IMG/VR virus record: IMGVR_UViG_3300017828_000080
Coordinates: 1-51,314 of that record
Source of the DNA: a virus
Taxonomy: Duplodnaviria; Caudoviricetes
Length of the DNA: 51,314 nt
Strand: one strand, 5' to 3'
This document shows, in pieces, positions 9,969 to 19,551 of this stretch. Position 1 is the stretch's first letter. Every line of letters starts with the position of its first letter. Position numbers and translations under genes: made by a program. The notes under the pieces are model-generated. The model saw nothing but the letters and a program-made list of their open reading frames with translations. It was not told where the DNA came from and did no database searches.

Positions 9969-10259
9969 TTATTCTGTCTTTTTCAGTGACTCTTGGGTAA
10001 AATTAGAGTCATTTTCACTTTCTAGGAACCTTTGAGGTAGCTTTTCCCATTCAAGAGAAAAGTCACTACGGTCTTCATAACGTCTAACTCCCCTTTTCGG
10101 TTCTACTTTTAAACACATCTTCCTCTTATTTACCACATTTATACGTGTAATCAGACACTCACTCCCATCCCAGACTATTGTATCTCCCTGTTCAGGCATT
10201 TCATCAAACATCCCGTCTACTCTTGAGGAGTTGAGAACAATTTTTTGTGGAACAGACAT
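9969..10259 (-). CDS. Hypothetical protein between the two prkA paralogs
   Basis: 96-aa ORF tightly packed with 2-4 nt gaps. Confidence 0.65.
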   Translation of the reverse strand: MSVPQKIVLNSSRVDGMFDEMPEQGDTIVWDGSECLITRINVVNKRKMCLKVEPKRGVRRYEDRSDFSLEWEKLPQRFLESENDSNFTQESLKKTE

Positions 10260-10261
10260 AT

Positions 10262-12322
10262 TTAATCCATTTCCTCCTTGGCAACCTTAGCGCCTGCATA
10301 TTCAAGCACTTCTTCTGCCCCTTCTTCAGAATAACCTCTATCCTTCAGAGCAGAAATCCAAGCATCACGATTTTCGTCAGAATCGTCTGACTTAATCAGT
10401 GCGGAGAAGTTAATATTATGCTTCTTTTCACTCCAAAGTTTTCGTTCAAGAGCGCGGAGTAGGCGTTCATTATCAGTCGGTGAGAACGATTCTCCCTTCC
10501 GTGCTTTCCGACTGACCCAATTCGTAATTTCCTGCCGGAAGTCTTCTTTTCGGTCACGGGGAATATCAAGTTCTTCTTCAACAGACCTCATGAACTGTTC
10601 ATCTGGCTCAACCATATCACCTGTTATCTCGTCTTCAACCTTGTCGTCATCGATATAGGCCATCACATTATCCATGTACTTTTCACCCTGCTCTTCAATT
10701 TCATCAGTATTATAAGCTAGAGCGTGACGAACGTCTTCAACAGCCCGTTCTTCAAACTCTTCTTTTGCATCTTCAATATAAACCTCATATTCTGAAAGGT
10801 TTTCTTCTGGGATTGAACCATGATTTTCAATATTACTCTTGAGATGTTTGAAAACAGTAAGAGTCGAAAGTGAGTAAGAGTCGTCGTGCAATTGAGCAAC
10901 AATAGACTCTGCAATTTCATCTCCAATGAAACGAGCAGAAACGCCATGAAGTCCTTCTTCTTCGGATTCTTCACGAAGCTTCTCTACATCAATATCCCCC
11001 ACATCACTTTCTTCACCATTGTAAGCTTTGGCTTTCTGAAGAAGAGTGATGTTTTGCGCACTTGGTTCATCCAGTCGCGTCATCACACCGAAAAGAGCAG
11101 CCATTTCGAGAGTATGAGGTTCAACATGAACTTCCCCGACTGAAGAGTTGGAAAGCATCTTCTCATAAATCTGCGCTTCCTCAGAATACTCAAGCACGTA
11201 AGGGAAGTCTATTCTCTTGGTCCGGTCGTTGAACGCTTCCATCTTCTCATTACCTGTTTTCTCTCGATACTCCGGCATATTTGTACGACCGACAATCACT
11301 TGGTCAATATCGATTCGTGGATTGTTTTTTGGCTTGATTGTCTGCTCTTGAGTGGCGTGGAGGAAATCATAGAGGAATTCTTTCTGCAACTTAAGCAGTT
11401 CTTCACCAGAGAAAATACCTCGATTAGCATTACAAAATGCTCCAGAATAATCAAACGCACGTGGGTCAGATTCTCCATAAACAGCAATCTTTGAATAGTT
11501 GACATCGCCAGTCAGTTCAGTCTCGTCTTGATTCTTCTTATCTTTTGGCTCAAAAGTTTCAACTGCTTCACGACGGTTTTCACTAGCAACAAACCGAATT
11601 ACTTCAATGTGATTTTCGAGAACGGCGCTTAGATTATCATTATAATGCTCAAGAAGTTCATCCATAAAGAATTCACTTCGTGGGTCAAGTGTCTGATTAT
11701 TTTCTATATAGTAATCAGCATCAATCTCCCCATTGACTTCATCAAAAAGTTCTTCTCTATGACTCTGGGGAAGTAGTACCACAGGGTCTTGATTCATTGC
11801 AGAACGGACAGTATCATCTGAAGGGTCTTGGTCATCAATAACTTCACAAAGATTTGTCCATCGGAAACTATACATCCGACCCTCTTCACGGGTAGTGTAG
11901 TCTTCAAAGTAATTCCTAACTTGTCTGTCGAAATCCGACTTGCCAGAACCTACAGGACCAAGGAGAAGCTTAATCCGCTTTTCGGGGCCAAGACCACGGG
12001 AAGCAGAGTGAACCTTATTCACGAACTGATGGATAGCTTGATGGACATCCCGACCATAGAAAACATTATCGCCTCCGCCAAGTGGGTCTTCAGAAGCCAT
12101 CTTGTATTCAACAACCCCACGTTCTTCGTCATATTCTGTCCCGTAAAAACGGAACATATCTGAAAGTCTCTGGTGAGCATTTCGAGCTATACGAGGATTA
12201 TCTGCAAGTTCTTCAAGATACCAGTTGAAAGAGTGTGAAGTTCTCAAGTCATCTGGAATCTCTTCACGATGCGTTTCATTAACTCGGTCCAAGTTCGTAA
12301 GCGCGGAGAGACTGTCTTTCAT
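10262..12322 (-). CDS. prkA: PrkA/YeaG family AAA+ ATPase / Ser kinase, first paralog
   Basis: ARNAHQR, LLLGPVGSGKS, FEPKDKKNQDETELTG, ESDPRAFDYSGAFCNANRG, EAFNDRT, IDFPY, EPHTLE. Confidence 0.93.
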   Translation of the reverse strand: MKDSLSALTNLDRVNETHREEIPDDLRTSHSFNWYLEELADNPRIARNAHQRLSDMFRFYGTEYDEERGVVEYKMASEDPLGGGDNVFYGRDVHQAIHQFVNKVHSASRGLGPEKRIKLLLGPVGSGKSDFDRQVRNYFEDYTTREEGRMYSFRWTNLCEVIDDQDPSDDTVRSAMNQDPVVLLPQSHREELFDEVNGEIDADYYIENNQTLDPRSEFFMDELLEHYNDNLSAVLENHIEVIRFVASENRREAVETFEPKDKKNQDETELTGDVNYSKIAVYGESDPRAFDYSGAFCNANRGIFSGEELLKLQKEFLYDFLHATQEQTIKPKNNPRIDIDQVIVGRTNMPEYREKTGNEKMEAFNDRTKRIDFPYVLEYSEEAQIYEKMLSNSSVGEVHVEPHTLEMAALFGVMTRLDEPSAQNITLLQKAKAYNGEESDVGDIDVEKLREESEEEGLHGVSARFIGDEIAESIVAQLHDDSYSLSTLTVFKHLKSNIENHGSIPEENLSEYEVYIEDAKEEFEERAVEDVRHALAYNTDEIEEQGEKYMDNVMAYIDDDKVEDEITGDMVEPDEQFMRSVEEELDIPRDRKEDFRQEITNWVSRKARKGESFSPTDNERLLRALERKLWSEKKHNINFSALIKSDDSDENRDAWISALKDRGYSEEGAEEVLEYAGAKVAKEEMD

Positions 12323-12350
12323 ACTACAATAAAGGATTAGAGATGCAATG

Positions 12351-12364
12351 TAAAAAGGGTTTCG
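12351..12364 (-). promoter_or_regulatory. Promoter of the prkA operon (BRE + TATA, leaderless)
   Basis: CGAAACCCTTTTTA about 28 nt upstream of ATG 12322. Confidence 0.7.
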
Positions 12365-12370
12365 TCTTTG

Positions 12371-12562
12371 TTAGACAATGACAAAGAAAATAAATGAAAC
12401 TCCAAATGAAATAAAAATAAAAGAAAGAACCATTAAAACTAATGAATCAGTGTCATTGTCACTGAAGAAAATCGAATGAAGAAGAGAGAAACCAAAAACT
12501 GTTAATCCTGCTCCTATTCCAAAAACAACGGCCAATAATACTTCTACTAAAATTTTAATCAT
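12371..12562 (-). CDS. Small two-TM membrane protein
   Basis: Two hydrophobic segments. Confidence 0.6.
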   Translation of the reverse strand: MIKILVEVLLAVVFGIGAGLTVFGFSLLHSIFFSDNDTDSLVLMVLSFIFISFGVSFIFFVIV

Positions 12563-12565
12563 TTT

Positions 12566-14212
12566 TTAGTAATCAAAAACTGTTTTCTCACTTATTTCGG
12601 AATATTCTTCTGCTTCTGTCAGCCATTGAGGAAGTGTAGTTTTCTTCTTCAACTTTTCGTAGTCTTCATCAAGAATGTAAAAATTACTCGTATCATTTTT
12701 ACTCCGGTTTGTTCGACCGTAAGCCTGTGCAACTCTGATTGCTGCCCTATCAAAATAAGAAGGCCAGCCATATGTCGTTTCTTCAAGGAGATATTCTGTC
12801 CAACTATTTATTTGTGGATAAGGGACTTTAAGCAGAACATTGTAAACTCCTTTATCTCCATCCAAATCAATTCCTTCCATCATCGAAGGGCTAAGAATCA
12901 TGTCTTTTGAACTTCTTTGCCAGTCTTCTACAGCATCTTCAGCATCTTCTTTTCTTGTGTGAGTGTAAACATTATCTTCTAAGAAGTCATATCCATCTTC
13001 TCGATTGGCAGTTTCTTCTATCTTCGCTGCTCTATCATAACTAGCAGTATGACAAATCCCTTTTGAACCAGAATGCTTTTCCGCTATTTTATTCAAATTC
13101 TCCATTATACTCGACCAATTACTATCACAACCTCCATTGCTCAAACTATCAACCATATGTTTTTTCACTACTGGCCGATTTTCTGGAGGAAAAGTCATAC
13201 TAACACTGATAACCTTTGTTTCTTCAGGGTCAAGTCCGGCTTTCCTAAGCCAAATATCAGGATTGTTTCGGTGTCTCATTGTTGCAGTTGATATTATTCT
13301 TTTACCTGCCCTAGACCACAAAAAGTTGTTAAGAAAACTACTGACATTTATCGGGAAAAGGTCTACTGTTTTGATATAATCACCTTTGTATTTCTTACCA
13401 TCAACATCAACCACCCAAGGTCTATCATTCTGGACATCCCGATTTGCCCGTTTTATATTTTGAGTTAATCTATAACAACGTTTTTCAGCATCCGTCATTT
13501 GAGGGAGAGAAATATCACGAATGAAATCATCACAACGATTGAGCAAATCAACAAGTTCCCCTTTAACATCTTCATACATTGTCGCATCATAAGATATAGA
13601 AGAAGTTGCGTTTTTAAATACATGGCTAGGGATTCCGTGAGGTGTAATGTTAAACCCCGCGTGCATTTCTCTGGTTTGCTCAATCAAATTATGAGCTTCA
13701 TCAACTACTAACATATCTCTGTCGTCAAAAGAAATCTGCATTCCACCAGAACCATAAGTAGGTATCAGACCATCAATAATCATCATAGAAAAGGTTATAA
13801 CAGATATATCAGAACCCATAACTACTTGCTTGCGTCTCCAATAATTACAAGAAGGACCTACCTGTTCAGCACATGACTGTTCTTCTGAATTATAGACAGG
13901 ACATTCTTTACAGTTATCGTTCCCAACACTACAGTAATAATCTTTTCTTGCTTTTAAATCTTCAACGTGAGGTTGTAGTTTTTCATCACTTTGAATTTGT
14001 TGTCGGAGACTTTTCATTGGGGTCGTGTACCAGCCATTGTCGGCATATCTCAATAAAGCAACACAAATTCCAGATTTACCAGTACCAACAGGACCATCTA
14101 AAATTATATTTTTATACCCGGAGTCAAGTGCATCAAGACAAGCTGCAACTGTCTCGTACTGCTTTTCTCGGAATTCTTCAAATGGGAACAGTTCGGACTC
14201 TCTTGATTCCAT
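12566..14212 (-). CDS. DinG/XPD-family SF2 helicase with Fe-S cysteines
   Basis: Q-motif REKQ, GPVGTGKS, Cys cluster (YYC, CKEC, SC, CNY), DEAH, STAT, EGIDL, KVPYP, QAYGRTNRS; start 14212 fits the promoter. Confidence 0.88.
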   Translation of the reverse strand: MESRESELFPFEEFREKQYETVAACLDALDSGYKNIILDGPVGTGKSGICVALLRYADNGWYTTPMKSLRQQIQSDEKLQPHVEDLKARKDYYCSVGNDNCKECPVYNSEEQSCAEQVGPSCNYWRRKQVVMGSDISVITFSMMIIDGLIPTYGSGGMQISFDDRDMLVVDEAHNLIEQTREMHAGFNITPHGIPSHVFKNATSSISYDATMYEDVKGELVDLLNRCDDFIRDISLPQMTDAEKRCYRLTQNIKRANRDVQNDRPWVVDVDGKKYKGDYIKTVDLFPINVSSFLNNFLWSRAGKRIISTATMRHRNNPDIWLRKAGLDPEETKVISVSMTFPPENRPVVKKHMVDSLSNGGCDSNWSSIMENLNKIAEKHSGSKGICHTASYDRAAKIEETANREDGYDFLEDNVYTHTRKEDAEDAVEDWQRSSKDMILSPSMMEGIDLDGDKGVYNVLLKVPYPQINSWTEYLLEETTYGWPSYFDRAAIRVAQAYGRTNRSKNDTSNFYILDEDYEKLKKKTTLPQWLTEAEEYSEISEKTVFDY

Positions 14213-14255
14213 ACAACAATATTTAGACAAGGAGGGATAAAACAGTTACGTTCCG

Positions 14256-14864
14256 CTAATCAAATATTCCGTTGATGTGTGTTTTCGCTATTTGAAAAAC
14301 TTCATCACTATTTTTTTCGCCATCAATTGTAACAACATTCGGTTTCTCAGAAGCTAAGTAATCATAGATTCTTTTAGCTTCTACCAAGCTTTCTTTGTCT
14401 TCGTATTTTTCCTTTGTGTCTATTCTTTCGAGTGCAGTATCAACATCAACTGACAAGTACAAATACAAGTCTGGTTCAATTGTAAAATGATAAGACATTT
14501 CCTGTATATATTGAATCGGGTCAATAATACCCAATTCTTCGTCCAAGACCTTTGTTTGATACGCGAAAGTAGATAAAGCGTATCTATCACATATTACATT
14601 TCGCCCACTTTGGAGGGTGGGTTTTATACTTTCAGTACAGTGTTGGTAACGGTCAGCAAGAAAAGCAAAAAAGTCAGCAGGAGATGGTTCATCTTCAACA
14701 CGTAGTCTATCTCTAATAGAGTGTCCATAAAAGAAACTAGAAGGTTCTTGCGTAAACAGTGATTCAGAAAATTCATTTTCTTTTCTCAATTTTTCGATGA
14801 GTGTTCCTTTTCCACTTCCATCTATTCCCTCAACACATACAAAAGTACCATCGTATTCATTCAT
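14256..14864 (-). CDS. tmk: Thymidylate kinase
   Basis: EGIDGSGKGT, QEP, ADRYQH, CDRYALSTFAYQ, PDL. Confidence 0.93.
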   Translation of the reverse strand: MNEYDGTFVCVEGIDGSGKGTLIEKLRKENEFSESLFTQEPSSFFYGHSIRDRLRVEDEPSPADFFAFLADRYQHCTESIKPTLQSGRNVICDRYALSTFAYQTKVLDEELGIIDPIQYIQEMSYHFTIEPDLYLYLSVDVDTALERIDTKEKYEDKESLVEAKRIYDYLASEKPNVVTIDGEKNSDEVFQIAKTHINGIFD

Positions 14865-15348
14865 ATTTTTTTAGCATCTCCATAACTTCATCTCTATCAC
14901 TATGAACTACTTCAGCGTGTTCAAACATCCACCCCGACTCTTTTTGTTCATCAATTGTCCACAAAAAGAAAGGTATACCCTTCATGTATGCATACATAGA
15001 TTCCATACAACTTCCTCTAGCTACAACATCAGGAAGGCCGACAAACACAAATTCACACTGTTGGATAGCTAGTTTATCACTCATTACGTATTCAGAGGGT
15101 AAAATTTGTTCTTTTTCTGAATTGTTTGAAAAATCCGATGGGTCATTCAGAACTTCTTGGTCTTCTGGGTCGTATCTATCTAAAGGATTGACAAAATTGA
15201 ATTCATTAGAGTATTCCTCAATCAAATTATTTCTCCATCCACGGCCATCATCTTCAACTTTCCTGATAGGCCCGCAAAGATAAATAGAATTTTTTTCTTT
15301 TTCAATTAACTCTTCAGGCACTTTCTGCTTTTGCATTTGTACGCTCAT
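14857..15348 (-). CDS. Nucleoside 2-deoxyribosyltransferase / nucleotide N-hydrolase family protein
   Basis: IYLCGPI...WR...NPLD...D..I...GSCMESMYA pattern. Confidence 0.75.
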   Translation of the reverse strand: MSVQMQKQKVPEELIEKEKNSIYLCGPIRKVEDDGRGWRNNLIEEYSNEFNFVNPLDRYDPEDQEVLNDPSDFSNNSEKEQILPSEYVMSDKLAIQQCEFVFVGLPDVVARGSCMESMYAYMKGIPFFLWTIDEQKESGWMFEHAEVVHSDRDEVMEMLKKYE

Positions 15349-15734
15349 ATTATATCTGTAATAGTTTCTCCTTTATTAGACTTTTCTTTTTTAACTCGAT
15401 ACTGCCCCCCTTCCGTTTTATGCATAGACTCTTCATTGAAAAAGTACCAACTACTTTCATAATCAAAACGAACAGCAATGTAATATTCAGCACCAAAAGC
15501 ATCAGAAAACACTTTTAATTCTTCCAACTCTTCAGAATCCAAATATAAGTAGTCTCCGCCACATCTTTTAACTTCAAAACAATAAATATCTCCATGCTTA
15601 CCAACAATAACATCAGGAAGCTCTCTTTGAGTACATCCACCCGACGTGGGGGCGCGAAGTCCTACAAAACCTTCATCATAAAAAAGAGAAAGAAGTTCTC
15701 TCTCACCAGATGCGCCTTTATTATAATTACTCAT
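15345..15734 (-). CDS. hjc: Archaeal Holliday junction resolvase
   Basis: KGASGERE, RAPTSGG, PDVIVG, FEVK, AVRF. Confidence 0.92.
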   Translation of the reverse strand: MSNYNKGASGERELLSLFYDEGFVGLRAPTSGGCTQRELPDVIVGKHGDIYCFEVKRCGGDYLYLDSEELEELKVFSDAFGAEYYIAVRFDYESSWYFFNEESMHKTEGGQYRVKKEKSNKGETITDII

Positions 15735-15954
15735 GTTCTATTTTATGTGTAAAATCGCAAACCGGGCAATAAAGTTCTTTTGAAGATTTATCTTTAAGCA
15801 ATTCGCTTTTACAATTATAACAGACGCCCCTTTCTTCAATTTCTTTACTCATTGCTCGCTTCACATCTTTTCTCTGAGCTTTTCTGTATTCTGTTATAAT
15901 TTTTAATGTTGAAGAATTTTTTATCTCTTGTAAGACTATAGGGTTAACTTTCAT
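15727..15954 (-). CDS. Zn-ribbon protein
   Basis: CYNC...YCPVC. Confidence 0.65.
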   Translation of the reverse strand: MKVNPIVLQEIKNSSTLKIITEYRKAQRKDVKRAMSKEIEERGVCYNCKSELLKDKSSKELYCPVCDFTHKIEHE

Positions 15955-16507
15955 AATCTTCCTCTATGCGGCTTTTAGTCACCCCTTCTTGGCCCTGATA
16001 TTTATTATCTTCATCATTATAAGGGGAATTAGAAGGTTCCTTTAATTCATGGAAAGTCATTTGTGCAATTCTCATTCCCGGCTTCAACTTGACAGGTCGG
16101 CTTCCCACATTACTAATTTCGAGAACCCCATCTGGAGCATTAAATCCGGGGTCAAACAGTCCAGCAGTTTGATGAACATTTATACCAAGGCGGGCCACTG
16201 AAGAACGCCCCGTCAATTTGCCAAGAATATAATCTGGTATGTCAAAAGATTCTTTTGTATTAGCTATGTAAAAGTCACCCGGATAAACAATTATTTCGCT
16301 ATTGTCTGGGACTGTTTCATCAAACATATTTTCGATTCCTTCTTCTACATCAATAATCCCATCTTCCGGGTTAAATTGGGAAAAGCCATTTCCAAGACGT
16401 ATATCTAAACTTGCTGGTTGCAGTTGCTCTTCCAAATCGACTGGTTCTATTTCCAATTCTCCATACGCCAACTCTTCAGCTATTTGATAATCAGGTAATA
16501 GACTCAT
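15944..16507 (-). CDS. dcd: dCTP deaminase
   Basis: QPASLDIRLG, GRSSVARLG, AGLFDPGF, LEISN, RIAQ, KYQGQ. Confidence 0.93.
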   Translation of the reverse strand: MSLLPDYQIAEELAYGELEIEPVDLEEQLQPASLDIRLGNGFSQFNPEDGIIDVEEGIENMFDETVPDNSEIIVYPGDFYIANTKESFDIPDYILGKLTGRSSVARLGINVHQTAGLFDPGFNAPDGVLEISNVGSRPVKLKPGMRIAQMTFHELKEPSNSPYNDEDNKYQGQEGVTKSRIEEDYES

Positions 16508-16566
16508 AGACTTTACTTATTCCAAGTAGGACCTTCACAATTAAAAGCGTTACGAATACACCAAGT

Positions 16567-16773
16567 TTAATCAACGAGACTTTTAGGAATTCCAAATGAC
16601 TCAATTTCATTTATCGAATCGACAACTTCTACTGTTTGCCATTTTCCCATATCCGAACTATACTCTGAAATTTCTATTGTTTTTTTATCAGTCGTTTTTA
16701 CAATTAACAATGAACGTTTTATCCCCTCCGTCGATTCCCACTCTAAAATCTGAGTAACTTCTTTATCACTCAT
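16567..16773 (-). CDS. Hypothetical protein
   Basis: 68-aa ORF coupled to the upstream gene. Confidence 0.55.
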   Translation of the reverse strand: MSDKEVTQILEWESTEGIKRSLLIVKTTDKKTIEISEYSSDMGKWQTVEVVDSINEIESFGIPKSLVD

Positions 16774-17431
16774 CTTCAGAATACTGTGACATAATATCTA
16801 ACCTTGGCGAAACATTCCAAGCGTTACTTTTAGCAAACTTCTCACAATATTTATAACGGTCAGAAACAGTTTTCATTTTCCAGCCTTTAGGAAAGAGCCA
16901 TACATCTGAATCATACATAGTGTATTCTCTGGAAACGTCTTCGATATACCCGTCGTCTGTTGAACTATCTACCTTGAATATAAAGTCTACATTGCCGTAA
17001 TTATTTGCTTGTTCAGTATAAAAGTCCATGACTCTCTCATCAAAGTCATAATCTTCGGGAACAAAAACACGATAATAGTCAGCAATGTTCTGTACTTCAC
17101 GCGGCGGAACAGTATTAAACTCCTGCAAACCAACCTCAAAATCAACAAACCGTGCATCAAGAAGTCGAGAGAATTCAGATATTCCTTCTAAATGAATATC
17201 CTTAAATACATTCTGACCACTAAACTGTAAACGAGCAAAACCAGAGTTTACTTTTCTATCCCATTTGTACCTCTCAAACAATCCTTCAATAGACCTTACT
17301 TCCATCTGATTATCATCGGCCTCAGAAACAGTGAAGTCAACAACAGGAGTACCTGCATGGGAACCATGTGGAAAAGGACCGTAATCTGTTGAAGTTTGAT
17401 TCATCCCCAGAGTGACGTTTGTTATAGACAT
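16766..17431 (-). CDS. Degenerate QueE/NrdG-like radical-SAM-fold protein lacking CxxxCxxC
   Basis: GSHAGTPVV, FSGQNVF, DFIFKV, VWLFPKG, WNVSPRL occur in the order of QueE motifs; no cysteine triad. Confidence 0.6.
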   Translation of the reverse strand: MSITNVTLGMNQTSTDYGPFPHGSHAGTPVVDFTVSEADDNQMEVRSIEGLFERYKWDRKVNSGFARLQFSGQNVFKDIHLEGISEFSRLLDARFVDFEVGLQEFNTVPPREVQNIADYYRVFVPEDYDFDERVMDFYTEQANNYGNVDFIFKVDSSTDDGYIEDVSREYTMYDSDVWLFPKGWKMKTVSDRYKYCEKFAKSNAWNVSPRLDIMSQYSEDE

Positions 17432-17489
17432 TGTTTTTATATTTCCGCACATTAAATTTAATACTCATGTATTTAAATACCTTTCGATA

Positions 17490-18254
17490 TTAATACTCAA
17501 ATATACCTTCATCTGCAAATATTTGTTTTGTCTCACTTTCAATTCTTTTTAAACTCATATCCACATATTCTTCATCTAAATCAATACCAATCCAATTTCT
17601 ATCAAGTTTTTCTGCTACAACTGCTGTCGTTCCACTCCCTATAAACGGGTCAAGAACAACATCATTTTCATATGAATTTAATTGAATTAGTCTTTTTGGA
17701 ATTTCTTCTGGGAAAGGAGCAGGATGTGAAGAAGAAGTTTCTGGAGAAAGATTCCAAACAGACTTAACATACTTCATAAATTTTTCTTTAGGTATGGTCT
17801 TTTCACTCTTCTTTTTTTCTTTTCCTACATCAAAAATTAGAATGTACTCATGATTAAAAATAGGACGTGGACTGCTAGGACTGCGCCAAGAACCCCAAGC
17901 TGAAGATGATTCGCTACTTCCTTTATCCCAAATAATTTCAAACCTCTGTGTCCAGTTAAGGTCTTGGGATAATGTTTTGATTACTTTCGGCATATCAACA
18001 ATTCCTCCATCATTTTTTAAAGAAATATTAACACAAACTCTCCCTACGTCTTTGAGTTTACTGTCTAGAAGTTCAAATAAAGAAGACATCATAGACTTAT
18101 ATTCTTCTTGGGAAATACTATCATTATATTTTCCATAATCTACACCGACATTGTATGGAGGTGAAGTAACAACTAAATCTATGGAGTTATCATCAAAATT
18201 TGATATAACATCCAGACAATCTCCACAATGAATATCATTTATCCATTCTTCCAT
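17490..18254 (-). CDS. Beta-class N4-C/N6-A DNA methyltransferase
   Basis: TSPPYN (motif IV) precedes HPAPFP and LDPFIGSGTT (motif I). Confidence 0.92.
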   Translation of the reverse strand: MEEWINDIHCGDCLDVISNFDDNSIDLVVTSPPYNVGVDYGKYNDSISQEEYKSMMSSLFELLDSKLKDVGRVCVNISLKNDGGIVDMPKVIKTLSQDLNWTQRFEIIWDKGSSESSSAWGSWRSPSSPRPIFNHEYILIFDVGKEKKKSEKTIPKEKFMKYVKSVWNLSPETSSSHPAPFPEEIPKRLIQLNSYENDVVLDPFIGSGTTAVVAEKLDRNWIGIDLDEEYVDMSLKRIESETKQIFADEGIFEY

Positions 18255-18256
18255 AA

Positions 18257-19546
18257 TTAGTAAGAAAAGATTCCTTTTTCAGAATCACTATCATCTTTTT
18301 CTCCATCTTCAGTAGATTTCGATATAAACTCAGAAATCTTAGTCGATTCAGTATCATTAGTATCAGTCTCCTTCTCGACTTCCTGCATTTGCCAATCTTC
18401 ATATTCCGATTTTGAAAGACCAATCACATCAATTAATTCTTGGGGTATTCCATTAGATAGAATTAATTCTCTTTTTTCCTCTTCACTCATAGACTTGATA
18501 AGTGGAAGTACAATCTTTCTGAATTCCCTAAAACCAAACCCCCCAGAAAAAGAATATTCATCTTTCAGTGAACGATAAAAACGTGCTTCTCTATTCTCTG
18601 AACTTGCAGATGGTGTATAGTTTCTCCTTTCAGAAGGATAATCAACATTCACCCAATCATTGTAAGGTTCAGTTAGACGTAAATTTGAAACCTCTTCTGC
18701 AATATCACCTGCATACCTCCACCACGAATAATTCTGCGTTTTTTGAGTGTGTCTTAACCATTTATCAGCTTCAGAAAGTGCTTGATAAGAACGCATAGAT
18801 TCAACTCCATCCATTTCATTTTTTACGTTTTCATTGAGAAAAGATACCATATCATCAGGAGTCATATCACCCAAATAGTCTTTGTTAAGAATTACCCGTC
18901 TCGTTACAGCAAAAGGTGAATCATCAGTCTCTCGCCCATCCCATTCAGTATCTTTTTCTTGAATGGAATATGCTTGTAAATCATTTAACGCATCTCGAAT
19001 TCCATTTCGAGTAGCAAGCTGTCCTATTTGTCTACTTGATATATCTATATCTTCTTCCTTAACAATATCCTTGAGATACTTCTTTATTGAATTACTTTTT
19101 AGTTTGAATTTATAATTTTTACATATATTTTCCAATCCGTCTGGAACTTTCCAAAGTTCATTCGCAGTACAAATAACAGGATTAGGAGAATTTTTCAGAA
19201 TAGGATATAAAGTTGATATAGAACGTCCGTCAATTGAGTCAACTTCATCAAAAACGTAAAGTGTTAGTGTGTTGTTTCGGGACCGAATTTCTTGAGCAAT
19301 ATACTCTATATCTTCAGTCTTTCTACTGGAAGAAGCATTAGTTTCAACATATTCCCAATCAAATTCATTTGATACGACTTCAGCCGTACTTGTTTTACCA
19401 GTACCAGCAGGTCCATGTAAAAGAAGCGGAGAATCGCCTTTAGACCAATTTTCTGCCCATTCTTTGATTTTAGAAATTGCTTTCGGATGACCATAGATGT
19501 CATCAAAACTCTCGGGTCGATGCTTTTGAGCAAGACTCTCTCCCAT
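18257..19546 (-). CDS. rfcL: Replication factor C large subunit
   Basis: KHRP, GPAGTGKT, NASSSR, DEVD, RDALNDLQ, C-terminal LSEAD...YSWWRYA, acidic tail ending in PIP-like GIFSY. Confidence 0.85.
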   Translation of the reverse strand: MGESLAQKHRPESFDDIYGHPKAISKIKEWAENWSKGDSPLLLHGPAGTGKTSTAEVVSNEFDWEYVETNASSSRKTEDIEYIAQEIRSRNNTLTLYVFDEVDSIDGRSISTLYPILKNSPNPVICTANELWKVPDGLENICKNYKFKLKSNSIKKYLKDIVKEEDIDISSRQIGQLATRNGIRDALNDLQAYSIQEKDTEWDGRETDDSPFAVTRRVILNKDYLGDMTPDDMVSFLNENVKNEMDGVESMRSYQALSEADKWLRHTQKTQNYSWWRYAGDIAEEVSNLRLTEPYNDWVNVDYPSERRNYTPSASSENREARFYRSLKDEYSFSGGFGFREFRKIVLPLIKSMSEEEKRELILSNGIPQELIDVIGLSKSEYEDWQMQEVEKETDTNDTESTKISEFISKSTEDGEKDDSDSEKGIFSY

Positions 19547-19551
19547 AAATA

